A DNA stretch of 64,000 nucleotides from an archaeon (GCA_018651925.1 JABIDC010000009.1:16403-80402), one strand, 5' to 3'. Positions 55,991 through 63,661 are shown, counted from the stretch's first letter. Numbers and translations are program-made. Notes: a model not told the origin generated them from the letters alone.

Positions 55991-56364
55991 ACAGGACAAA
56001 CACCTTGGGTAAAATATAAAACATTCTCATTTAGACAAGCAAAACAGTCATTGCTGAAGGTTTTTGCACAAGGATAAGAAAGACATCGAATATTATTTGT
56101 ATTGTACCATCCACAGACTGGCTGGTAAATTTCTTTACAATTTTCTGCAAGAACTTGGGAACAATAAACTGGTTTTCCTTTTTTAATACACTTTTCCAAA
56201 TTTTTGTCCCAATTATATCCTGCTTTTAGGCAAGAATCTTCTTTTGAAAGAGGAGTATTAAGAAGAGTTATTGCTCCCACCACAAGGAAAAGCACAAAAA
56301 AAATCAAACTTACTAAAAAGATTTTTTCCTTATTCATCTTTTTCCTCTGGAGTGGAAAAATCAA
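55987..56364 (-). CDS. Secreted Cys-rich protein with Kazal-like motif
   Basis: A signal/TM helix follows the probable start at 56337 (MNKEKIFLVSLIFFVLFLVVG). C..C....PVCG...TFSNDCFAC...C resembles a Kazal inhibitor domain with an insertion. Confidence 0.5.
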   Translation of the reverse strand: MIFPLQRKKMNKEKIFLVSLIFFVLFLVVGAITLLNTPLSKEDSCLKAGYNWDKNLEKCIKKGKPVYCSQVLAENCKEIYQPVCGWYNTNNIRCLSYPCAKTFSNDCFACLNENVLYFTQGVCPV

Positions 56365-56590
56365 CTTTTATTTCCCTCCCTAAAATTTTCTTTTTATTTA
56401 ATTCTGCAATCGCATTTTCAGAGGAATTTTCTTCAGCAAAAGTAACAAATCCAAACCCCTTTGATTTTCCCGTTTTCCTTTCTCGAATCAAGATTGTTTC
56501 AGTTATTTTTCCATACGTCAAAAAAAGATCCTTTAATCCCTCCCGATTTAGTTTAAAGGGTAAATTTCCTACAAATATCTTAGATCCCAT
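56330..56590 (-). CDS. RRM-type RNA-binding protein (86 aa)
   Basis: It carries RNP-2 IFVGNL and RNP-1 KGFGFVTF, and has the length of a single RRM domain. Confidence 0.85.
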   Translation of the reverse strand: MGSKIFVGNLPFKLNREGLKDLFLTYGKITETILIRERKTGKSKGFGFVTFAEENSSENAIAELNKKKILGREIKVDFSTPEEKDE

Positions 56591-56677
56591 ATTCCTTTTA
56601 AGTTAAAATATTATATAAATTTAATCATACCAAATTTTTCTAAAAAGTTATTTAAACAATTTTTAATTCTTTATTTT

Positions 56678-57310
56678 ATGAAAGAGGTAAAAGCATTAAT
56701 TTTTGATATAGGAGGAGTTCTTGCAATAGGTTCAAATTTAAAGAGCGTTGGAAAACATCTCAATACAAAAAGTGTTCATGAATCTGTCGCAAACAAAATC
56801 GGAGTTTCATTAGATCAATATTTTGATGCGTTAGATAGTGCCTATGCAAGATCGATTGAAGGAAAAATTAGTGAAGAAGAATTATTAAATATTCTTTCAA
56901 CGAATTTTCATCTTTCCAAGAAGAAAATTCGTTCTCTTTTTAGTTTTGAATATAAACGGGTGTTTAAACAGAATAAAGAACTTTACCAGTTTGCATTTAA
57001 AAAAAAGAAAGAGGGATATAAAATAGCAATCTTGTCGGACCAGTGGCATCTTTCCTACCTTCCATTAGTTCCAAAAAAATATTCTTCTCGTTTTGATTTA
57101 GTGGTTCTTTCTTGTTTAGAAGGAATGAGAAAGCCAGATCCAAAGATTTATCGGAGGACCCTTCGGAGATTGAAAATTAGCCCAGAAGAATCTTTGTTTA
57201 TTGATAATCAAAAATGGAATATTCTTGCTGCAGAAAAAATTAAAATGAAAACTATCTTGTTTAAGAACAATAAACAGTTGTTTAAACAGTTAAAATTAAT
57301 GGGAATATGA
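56678..57310 (+). CDS. HAD-superfamily hydrolase (subfamily IA-like)
   Basis: Motif I is LIFDIGGVL. The motif II region is IAILSD, and motif III/IV reads MRKPDPKIY...LFIDN. Confidence 0.7.
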   Translation: MKEVKALIFDIGGVLAIGSNLKSVGKHLNTKSVHESVANKIGVSLDQYFDALDSAYARSIEGKISEEELLNILSTNFHLSKKKIRSLFSFEYKRVFKQNKELYQFAFKKKKEGYKIAILSDQWHLSYLPLVPKKYSSRFDLVVLSCLEGMRKPDPKIYRRTLRRLKISPEESLFIDNQKWNILAAEKIKMKTILFKNNKQLFKQLKLMGI

Positions 57311-57831
57311 AGTGCACAAAATGTAATTATGAATCAGAAGAATTAATTTTAAAACAAGGAATGCCCCTCTGTCCCTTTTGTTTATTTTTTTCTCCTTCGG
57401 ATATCATCCTTTTCAAAGAATATGTTGCAGAAAAAGTCAATTTGGAGGAAATAAAATCATTTAGAAAAAATTTTCGCCCCAAAGGAGATCTTCAAAAAGA
57501 AGGGATGTCAAAAAAAGCCAAAGTTGGAAAGGTTATGTCTCGCGCCCCATTTGGGTATGAAATCCAAGAAGGAGAATTAATCCCTGCAGAAAATTTTCGA
57601 GAAGTTGAAGAAATTTTTGAAGATTATTTGAGATTTCCCAATCTTACGCAACTTTCCAAGAAACATGATCTCTCTGTAAATGGACTGAAAAAAGTTTTAA
57701 CAAATTTTACTTATATCGGCAAAATCAAATTCAATAATGAAGTTTTTGAAGGAAATCACAAACCTTTAATTTCCTCCACCTTATTTAATCATGTTCAAAA
57801 TAAAATAGACTTTTTGAAAAAGATTAATTAA
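57307..57831 (+). CDS. Zn-ribbon plus recombinase-domain protein lacking a resolvase catalytic domain
   Basis: The N-terminus is MKCTKCN...CPFC. The C-terminal APFGYEI...FTYIGKIKFNNEVFEGNHKPLISSTLFNHVQNK is paralogous to residues of about 160-250 of the recombinase at 55220. Confidence 0.6.
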   Translation: MKCTKCNYESEELILKQGMPLCPFCLFFSPSDIILFKEYVAEKVNLEEIKSFRKNFRPKGDLQKEGMSKKAKVGKVMSRAPFGYEIQEGELIPAENFREVEEIFEDYLRFPNLTQLSKKHDLSVNGLKKVLTNFTYIGKIKFNNEVFEGNHKPLISSTLFNHVQNKIDFLKKIN

Positions 57832-57855
57832 ATAAATTTTTATTGAAATAAAAAA

Positions 57856-58275
57856 TTATCTCTTAGAAGATTGTCTTTTAGAACGGGCTTTCGAATCCCC
57901 TGGCTTGTATGCTTCTTTGCGTCTCACGTCCGCTACAAGAAGACTTCTATCATATTCAATATAATTTTGTTCTAATTCTTTTGAGCCAGTAAATTCCACT
58001 ATTGCCCTAGCAAGAGCAAGTCTTGCAGCATCAATTTGGCTCTTTTCTCCTCCGCCCCGAACAGAGATTTTAACATCAAATTCTGTTTTACCAATAATTG
58101 CTTTTGCAATTTCTAAAGGTTCTCTTATCCTTAAAACATCAAATGGTTGAATAGATTGGTATTCTTTATCATTGATTGTAATTTTTCCAGTGCCAGCAAT
58201 CAGAGTTGCCTTTGCAACAGCTCTTTTCCTTTTTCCAGAAACAATTATTTTTTTGTATTTATTTTCAATATTCAT
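57856..58275 (-). CDS. rps9: 30S ribosomal protein uS9
   Basis: GKRKRAVAKA, VRGGGEKSQIDAARLALARA and a C-terminal basic tail ending KR are present. It lies adjacent to uL13. Confidence 0.92.
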   Translation of the reverse strand: MNIENKYKKIIVSGKRKRAVAKATLIAGTGKITINDKEYQSIQPFDVLRIREPLEIAKAIIGKTEFDVKISVRGGGEKSQIDAARLALARAIVEFTGSKELEQNYIEYDRSLLVADVRRKEAYKPGDSKARSKRQSSKR

Positions 58276-58276
58276 T

Positions 58277-58669
58277 TTAGTTAAGGAATTCTTTTACTGC
58301 AGAAGATTTCTTTATTTTTTCTACAGCCATTTTAATTATTTTTAAATTTTCAAATTCCTTTGGGGTTCCATTATAACATTTGATTTTTTTGAAAGCAACC
58401 CTTCCTCTTCCTTCTCGATGATCTGGGAGCATTCCTCTAATCGCTCTTTTTACAATTTTTTCAGTTGTCTTATGGTGTTTTGGACCTTTTTGACTATGGC
58501 CATATCTAGATCTTTTTTCCATAAATTCTCTTTCAAGCATTTTCTTATTTCCAGTAATTTGAATTTGATCACAATTAATTACATTAATTTCTTCTCCAAG
58601 CAAAGCTTCTTTTGCAGCGAAACTAGCAAGTCTTCCCAATACAGCATTTTTTCCATCAAGTATTTTCAT
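58277..58669 (-). CDS. rpl13: 50S ribosomal protein uL13
   Basis: ILDGKNAVLGRLASFAAKEALLGEEINVINCDQIQITG is typical of the uL13 N-terminus. Confidence 0.9.
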   Translation of the reverse strand: MKILDGKNAVLGRLASFAAKEALLGEEINVINCDQIQITGNKKMLEREFMEKRSRYGHSQKGPKHHKTTEKIVKRAIRGMLPDHREGRGRVAFKKIKCYNGTPKEFENLKIIKMAVEKIKKSSAVKEFLN

Positions 58670-59037
58670 TTTAAAATTTTAATTCCCTTTCCTTCGGGGT
58701 TTAATTTAATTTCTTCAAGGATTGTATTGAAAGTTCCACCTGATTTTAATATCTTTTCTTTTGCTTGTTCTGAAAAAGAAAAGGCCACAATTTTAATCTT
58801 TGAATTAATTTCTCCGGCAGATAAAATTTTTCCAGGAATTACCACAATTTTTGATTGTTCTGCTTTTTTATCAATTTCTCCTAAATTTAGGCTAATCTTA
58901 TTTTTTCTTGTTCCAGATAAAACACTCGAGATTTTTAACCAAGCTTCATTTTTTTTAGAGAGATTTATTGTTTCAACTAACTCCAAGTTTGTTTTTTTCT
59001 TCACTTGTTTTTGAATTTTTGTTTTTGATTTGACCAT
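58666..59037 (-). CDS. rpl18e: 50S ribosomal protein eL18 (L18e)
   Basis: The call rests on VVIPGKILSAGEI..KIKIVAFSFSEQAKEKILKSGG and on its position between rpoD and uL13, as in the conserved archaeal cluster. Confidence 0.8.
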   Translation of the reverse strand: MVKSKTKIQKQVKKKTNLELVETINLSKKNEAWLKISSVLSGTRKNKISLNLGEIDKKAEQSKIVVIPGKILSAGEINSKIKIVAFSFSEQAKEKILKSGGTFNTILEEIKLNPEGKGIKILK

Positions 59038-59125
59038 TTTATTTTTTCAAGAAGTAAATTTTTACTTCCTGCTTTACGCGATTAACTCGCAGGTATTTTT
59101 TGTAGTAAATTTCTATTTATAAATC

Positions 59126-59845
59126 TTACTTTAATCCTTTTGAAATTTTTGCAAGATCTTTTTTTAACATTTCAATTGAGGAATTAAAAATCTCTTTTTT
59201 GTCCATTTGCCCAAAAGATTCTACTGTAATTGAGAGGTCTCCTGTTGGAGAGATTTTGATAAATTCTTTTCCTAATTGATTAGATTTTTCTTCACAAACT
59301 TCATATAAATCTCCTTCTGAAGGGCTTTCAACAATAATCTTTTTCCCTAAGGATTCTTTTGCTCCTTTTGGACACTCTTCTAAAAGGTTGTTTGGACAGC
59401 TTTTATCAATTAAAACTTCCGATACTTCTCTATAAAAAATTATTCCCGGGGAGTGTTTTGAATGATTAACTCCCTTTCCCATTTTTGCAGTTGCATCAAT
59501 AGAAATTTCTTGTCCTTTTTTCAAAAAAGTTATTGGAATTTTCCCATAAATTATCTTTGCATCTCCTTTAATTTCTTCAGAAAGAAGATATCCTTCTTTT
59601 TTTACTTCTAAATTCAATTTCTTTTCTGTTTTTTCATTAAAAGATTTTTCTGTTTTAAGGGGAAGTAAACCCATTCTATGTGCGATAGTTTCATCGTAAA
59701 GCGCAGAATCATTTTTTGAAATTTCTACTTCTTCAATTGCAAGAGTTGGAATCTCTCCAACATATCTTCTGATTGAATTTGCTAAACTTTCTTCCATTTC
59801 CAATGTAAATGTCAATGTGTTTTCTTTTTCTTGAATTTTTTTCAT
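59126..59845 (-). CDS. rpoD: DNA-directed RNA polymerase subunit D (Rpo3)
   Basis: SLANSIRRYVGEIPTLAIEEVEISKNDSALYDETIAHRMGLLPL is present. The gene follows S13-S4-S11 in the conserved order. Confidence 0.88.
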   Translation of the reverse strand: MKKIQEKENTLTFTLEMEESLANSIRRYVGEIPTLAIEEVEISKNDSALYDETIAHRMGLLPLKTEKSFNEKTEKKLNLEVKKEGYLLSEEIKGDAKIIYGKIPITFLKKGQEISIDATAKMGKGVNHSKHSPGIIFYREVSEVLIDKSCPNNLLEECPKGAKESLGKKIIVESPSEGDLYEVCEEKSNQLGKEFIKISPTGDLSITVESFGQMDKKEIFNSSIEMLKKDLAKISKGLK

Positions 59846-59869
59846 TTTAAAATATAAAAAAGTCGATAT

Positions 59870-60310
59870 TTAAACTCTTCTACCTCTACGGCCTCCTTTT
59901 TTCTTTGGTCCTCCGCGAGGAATTCTTGTTGTATCCAAAATATTCAAAATTTTGAATCCTTCCCTTGTAAGCGATTTTATTAAAGCATTTGCTCCTGGCC
60001 CAGGGGCAGGATTTCCAGTTTTTGCACGAATTCTTACAAAAAGATTTTTTACTCCAACTTCTTTTAGTTCTTCTGAGACTCTTTTGGCAATAAACATTGC
60101 AATTGTAGGATTTGCTTTTAGTCTAGAGTGTTTTGTAACCATCCCTCCAGTAACTTTTGAAATTGTTTTTCCAGACATATCTGTAACATGGACAAGAGTA
60201 TTGTTGAAAGAAGTGTAAATATTCATAACTGCTTCAATTTCCTTCCTTTTCTTTTCTATTTTTGGTTTATCCGCCACAATTTCTTTTGCAATTTCTTTTT
60301 CTTCCATCAT
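59870..60310 (-). CDS. rps11: 30S ribosomal protein uS11
   Basis: NNTLVHVTDMSGKTI and the C-terminal DTTRIPRGGPKKKGGRRGRRV are present. Confidence 0.92.
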   Translation of the reverse strand: MMEEKEIAKEIVADKPKIEKKRKEIEAVMNIYTSFNNTLVHVTDMSGKTISKVTGGMVTKHSRLKANPTIAMFIAKRVSEELKEVGVKNLFVRIRAKTGNPAPGPGANALIKSLTREGFKILNILDTTRIPRGGPKKKGGRRGRRV

Positions 60311-60780
60311 TCTGAATCTCCCTTTACTTTTTTATCTGTTTTCTTTAAAGAAATTTTATTTTCTAATTCTACTGGAACAATATAGGATGGGCTATTTATT
60401 GCTTCTCCATTAACCAATACTTTTTTATGAACAATCAATTGTCTCGAAGAACTGATTGTGTTTGCAAATTTCTTTTCAAATACTACTGTTTGTAATCTTC
60501 TTTTAAGATAATCTCTTTTATCTAACCCTAAAATATCTGCAATAGAATTTACTTCTAATCCAATTTTTTTAAGTCTATCAAATAATTCTTTTTGTTCTTC
60601 TGGTTTTGCAGAAATCAATTTCTTTGCTTTTTCTCTAGCAGATTTAATTTTAGCATCTGCTTTCCAAATTTCTTTTTTATTTTTAAGCCCAAATTCTTTC
60701 TTAATTACTGCTTCTTCATCAATCCTTGTTTTATCAAAAGGCCTTTTTGGTCTTGAATAAATTTTATGTTTTCGTTTCAT
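60307..60780 (-). CDS. rps4: 30S ribosomal protein uS4
   Basis: It has the N-terminal KRKHKIYSRPKRPFDK and the S4 domain RRLQTVVF...ARQLIVHKKVLVNG. Confidence 0.92.
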   Translation of the reverse strand: MKRKHKIYSRPKRPFDKTRIDEEAVIKKEFGLKNKKEIWKADAKIKSAREKAKKLISAKPEEQKELFDRLKKIGLEVNSIADILGLDKRDYLKRRLQTVVFEKKFANTISSSRQLIVHKKVLVNGEAINSPSYIVPVELENKISLKKTDKKVKGDSE

Positions 60781-61250
60781 TGTGTTTTATTTTTCTTTTT
60801 AATTCCTGAACCTTTAGCTCTATTCTTTCTAAAATTGCTTTTTGTTCTTTGCCCTCTCGAAGGAAGGTTTGAAAGGTGTCTAAAACCCCTATAACTCTTA
60901 ATTTTTTTAAGTCGTTTTATGTCAAATTCAGTTTGGAGTTCTAAATCACTTCCTACAAGATGTTTATCTTCTCCTGTTTCAAAATCTTTTCTTCGGTTAA
61001 TCAAATGTTCTGAAACTTGGGGTTTTTTTATAAAAGAGGTTATTGTTTCAACTTCTTCATTAGTTAAAGAACCAATTTTTCTATCTTTAGTGAAACCTAA
61101 TTTTTTACAAACCGCGTTTGCAAAAGTCCAAGAAACCCCTTTTACCTTAGTAAGTCCTGCATAAAGAGACATTTTTCCTTCAATGTCTTTTGAGAGGATT
61201 CTCACTATTCTTGCATTTTCTTCTTTTGTATTTTGATTTGTTTCTACCAT
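60777..61250 (-). CDS. rps13: 30S ribosomal protein uS13
   Basis: IVRILSKDIEGKMSLYAGLTKVKGV and SYRGFRHLSNLPSRGQRTKSN are present. Confidence 0.92.
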   Translation of the reverse strand: MVETNQNTKEENARIVRILSKDIEGKMSLYAGLTKVKGVSWTFANAVCKKLGFTKDRKIGSLTNEEVETITSFIKKPQVSEHLINRRKDFETGEDKHLVGSDLELQTEFDIKRLKKIKSYRGFRHLSNLPSRGQRTKSNFRKNRAKGSGIKKKNKTQ

Positions 61251-61251
61251 T

Positions 61252-61788
61252 TTAATTTATGAATAAATTGTATCTTTCAATATTTGTCAATTCTTGAAGG
61301 ATCCTTTTTTCTACTGCTTTTTCTGGACCAGGAAGATTTTGCACACGATTTTTCATTTCCTCAAAAGATTCGAATTCTTTTTCGTTTCTTTGTTTCAAAA
61401 TTTCTTGCATGTGTTTTTTCCCAATACCGGGCAATAACTCAATTTGATGAATTCTTTTATTTATTGCTGTAGACTTATTGAAGAAATCAATAAACCTTTG
61501 TGTATTTTCTTTGATGAATCCTTTTATAAATTCTTCCAATTGTCTTTTTGCGGGTTCGGTTAGTTTTTCTCGTTGAAGTCTTCCATTAATGTAGTAAATT
61601 TTATCTCTTTTCCCTTCGCCGATATATACTTCTTCTCCTGCAGCAAGTTCAACATCTCTTCTAGGAATTAATTCCAAGAGAGTCAAATTTGTTGAACCTA
61701 TTGCTTGTGCCACTGGCATCATCTTTCTTTCCAAAGGATAACCATTTGGTAAATATTCTAGTATTATTGCATTTTCTTCTTTTGCCAT
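61252..61788 (-). CDS. DUF655-family protein (predicted OB-fold plus HhH nucleic-acid-binding protein, COG1491)
   Basis: EENAIILEYLPNGYP... and IHQIELLPGIGKKHMQEIL are present. It shows the conserved archaeal linkage with rpoF and eL21. Confidence 0.7.
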   Translation of the reverse strand: MAKEENAIILEYLPNGYPLERKMMPVAQAIGSTNLTLLELIPRRDVELAAGEEVYIGEGKRDKIYYINGRLQREKLTEPAKRQLEEFIKGFIKENTQRFIDFFNKSTAINKRIHQIELLPGIGKKHMQEILKQRNEKEFESFEEMKNRVQNLPGPEKAVEKRILQELTNIERYNLFIN

Positions 61789-61793
61789 CTTGT

Positions 61794-62099
61794 TTAAAGG
61801 AATTCTTTAATTGTGTTGATAATCTTAGTTGTTTCATCTTCTTCTAAATTTATATCTATAAATATTTTATTTAATTCTGCTTTATTCTCTGGTAATAAAT
61901 CAATTAGTTTTGAAATATTATCTGATTTAAGTTTAAGAAGGTCTAAATCTTCTAGTTTCTTCCTTAATTCTTTTGCTTTTGAAGAATCTAGTTTGCTAAA
62001 ATTATTTATAAATTCTTTAATTTTTGAATTTTCTTCGTCTGTTGACTGAATATATTCTTTTGCTTCTGCTAAACTTAAGGGGGTTGTATTTTTTATCAT
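61794..62099 (-). CDS. rpoF: RNA polymerase subunit F (Rpo4/Rpb4-like)
   Basis: LSLAEAKEYI...AKELRKKLEDLDLLKLKSDNISKLIDLLPEN matches the Rpb4-family helical pattern. It sits between eL21 and DUF655. Confidence 0.65.
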   Translation of the reverse strand: MIKNTTPLSLAEAKEYIQSTDEENSKIKEFINNFSKLDSSKAKELRKKLEDLDLLKLKSDNISKLIDLLPENKAELNKIFIDINLEEDETTKIINTIKEFL

Positions 62100-62100
62100 T

Positions 62101-62364
62101 TTATTCTTTTGATATCTGTTTTATTTTTTTTAAATGTATTGGGGCAATCAAATAATTCTTTTCTTTTGCATGGTCTTTTATTTTTACTAAATAAGATTTC
62201 CCTCTTTTTTCTCCCACAATTCCAGTTCTTCCTTGAATTACTTTCGGAAATTTAAATTGGATAGATCGTTCTGCTACAACTGCAACACTGTCTCCTTTTT
62301 TTAATTCTTGGAAGTATTTGCTTAGTTGCAATTTACCTCTAGTCCTAATTGGTTTTTTATTCAT
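62101..62364 (-). CDS. rpl21e: 50S ribosomal protein eL21 (L21e)
   Basis: TRGKLQLSKYFQELKKGDSVAV...QGRTGIVGEKRGKSYLVKI...HLKKI is present. Confidence 0.85.
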   Translation of the reverse strand: MNKKPIRTRGKLQLSKYFQELKKGDSVAVVAERSIQFKFPKVIQGRTGIVGEKRGKSYLVKIKDHAKEKNYLIAPIHLKKIKQISKE

Positions 62365-62401
62365 TTTTACTCCTTGTATAAGTAATTTGAGAAATATCTA
62401 T

Positions 62402-62623
62402 TTAAAAATCTATGCTTTTCTTTTCTTCTTCTTGGGAAGAGAAATTTTCTTTACCCAGAGTATTTGTTGAACACAGATCGCCACGATCATTAGCATCCTC
62501 CATATTTTTTACAATTGCATTAAACATTTTCTCTCCCCAAACTCCTTTTCCACAAGAATTGCAGAAATCTATAACACTCTCAGAAGAAATTTCTTTGTTA
62601 CAATAAATACATTTTTTTACCAT
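62402..62623 (-). CDS. Small zinc-ribbon protein (73 aa), function unknown
   Basis: It has the motif CIYCNKE...CNSCGKGVWGEKMF. No confident family was assigned. Confidence 0.45.
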   Translation of the reverse strand: MVKKCIYCNKEISSESVIDFCNSCGKGVWGEKMFNAIVKNMEDANDRGDLCSTNTLGKENFSSQEEEKKSIDF

Positions 62624-62722
62624 GGTACTCTTTTTCTGATTTGTAAAATTTATTTTAGTTTATAAAAATATGTGTAGAATGTTCATCAAAACCTTTAAAA
62701 ACAGAGAATGAACATAATATAT

Positions 62723-62920
62723 ATGATAATTCCAGTTAGATGTTTTTCATGTGGGAAACCAATCGGTCACCTATGGGAAGAATTCAAAAAGCAAGTTGAA
62801 GAAGGAGAGCAACCTAAAAAAGTATTAGATAATCTCGAATTAGAAAGATTTTGTTGTAGGTCGATGTTTTTAGGCCAAACAGATTTAATTGAATTAGTTG
62901 GAGAATTCAAGAAGAGTTAA
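62723..62920 (+). CDS. rpoN: RNA polymerase subunit N (Rpo10)
   Basis: MIIPVRCFSCGKPIGHLWEEF...RFCCRSMFLG is present. The start is placed at the second Met of ORF 62708..62920. Confidence 0.9.
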   Translation: MIIPVRCFSCGKPIGHLWEEFKKQVEEGEQPKKVLDNLELERFCCRSMFLGQTDLIELVGEFKKS

Positions 62921-63173
62921 TTTTCCAACGAGAAACCTTCCCACATTTTTTACATTTTATAATTTTAAAACCTTTTTTGATTTTAACCTTTGAGGCGAGA
63001 TGAGGGGAAAAACATTTGTCACAAAACAATTTTCTTTTTTCCTTCAAAGGAAAATTTATTTTCATTGCAACTTTTTTTACTTTTTGAATTTCCTTTGGAG
63101 ACTTAGAATCAATCTCTTTAAAAAATAAAAGAATCTCTTTTTTTAATCCTTTTTTGTTTAATTTCCACATCAT
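62907..63173 (-). CDS. rnp4: RNase P protein component 4 (Rpr2/Rpp21 family)
   Basis: The C-terminal Zn ribbon FCDKC...KCKKCGKVSRW is preceded by a basic helical region, as in Rpr2. Confidence 0.6.
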   Translation of the reverse strand: MMWKLNKKGLKKEILLFFKEIDSKSPKEIQKVKKVAMKINFPLKEKRKLFCDKCFSPHLASKVKIKKGFKIIKCKKCGKVSRWKINSS

Positions 63174-63218
63174 AGACTAAATGTAATTTTTAACTTTTAA
63201 AAGAATTTGTAAAAAAAA

Positions 63219-63336
63219 GAAAGACAGCTTGAAAGGTTTGCGTCTTGCGGGACACTACCGCCAACAACATAAGGGGCTTAACTTCTGTGTTCGGAAAGAG
63301 AACAGGTGTTTCCCGCCTTACTATGGCCGTCTTCAA
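63219..63336 (-). rRNA. rrf: 5S ribosomal RNA
   Basis: The reverse complement contains GGCCATAGTAAGGCGGGAAACACCTGTTCTCTTTCCGAACACAGAAGTTAAGCCCCTTATG.... Helix I forms as GAAGACGGC/GCTGTCTTTC, and there is a GTGTC-CCGCAA-GACGC hairpin. A T-run follows on the transcribed strand. The ends are accurate to within a few nt. Confidence 0.8.
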
Positions 63337-63396
63337 AATTTTTAGAGGATTCAGGTTTATAAAGCTTTTTATAGCCTTATTTTTTATAAAATGTAT

Positions 63397-63479
63397 GCGG
63401 ATGTGCCGGAGTGGTCAAACGGGACAGACTCAAGATCTGTTGGCTTATGCCTACGAAGGTTCAAATCCTTTCATCCGCA
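63397..63479 (+). tRNA. tRNA-Leu (anticodon CAA), type II
   Basis: The sequence is GCGGATGTGCCGGAGTGGTCAAACGGGACAGACTCAAGATCTGTTGGCTTATGCCTACGAAGGTTCAAATCCTTTCATCCGCA. The anticodon loop is CTCAAGA. Confidence 0.9.
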
Positions 63480-63554
63480 TGAATAGGTGGGTGAATTAAT
63501 AATTTCACAAAAGAAATTCTTTTTTCATCCACATATTATTTCAAACTTTTCCTT

Positions 63555-63661
63555 GCCCAAGTAACTCAGCCTGGATAGAGTGCTTCCCTCCTAAGAAAAA
63601 GTCATCGGCTTTTTATCGCGGAGTTAGGAAGAAGTCGAAGGTTCAAATCCTTCCTTGGGCG
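63555..63661 (+). tRNA. tRNA-Arg (anticodon CCU) with a 32-nt intron at the canonical 37/38 position (about 63594-63625)
   Basis: The acceptor is GCCCAAG/CTTGGGC, the D stem is ACTC/GAGT, and the T arm is GAAGG-TTCAAAT-CCTTC. The anticodon stem CTTCC...GGAAG is interrupted after CTCCTA by agaaaaagtcatcggctttttatcgcggagtt. Confidence 0.85.

Larger units (their letters stand above)
52540..57850. mobile_element. Putative integrated/mobile island (boundaries uncertain)
   Basis: It sits between the origin/replication cluster and the r-protein operon. It holds a serine recombinase, a recombinase-domain paralog, three HTH proteins, atypical cargo (RRM, Kazal-like, HAD), long non-coding gaps and clustered GTTTAAACA palindromes. 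No flanking direct repeats were identified. Confidence 0.35.

Noticed and set aside
59041-59125. Two hairpins (GAAGTAAA-TT-TTTACTTC and CCTGC-N16-GCAGG) between eL18 and rpoD, considered as a small ncRNA.
   Set aside because: There are no C/D or H/ACA box motifs and no tRNA-like fold. The short intergenic position fits a terminator or processing or promoter structure, and I cannot support an RNA gene.
63245-63499. An 84-aa ORF in the ORF track.
   Set aside because: It runs antisense through the 5S rRNA and through tRNA-Leu(CAA). The RNA genes explain the sequence.
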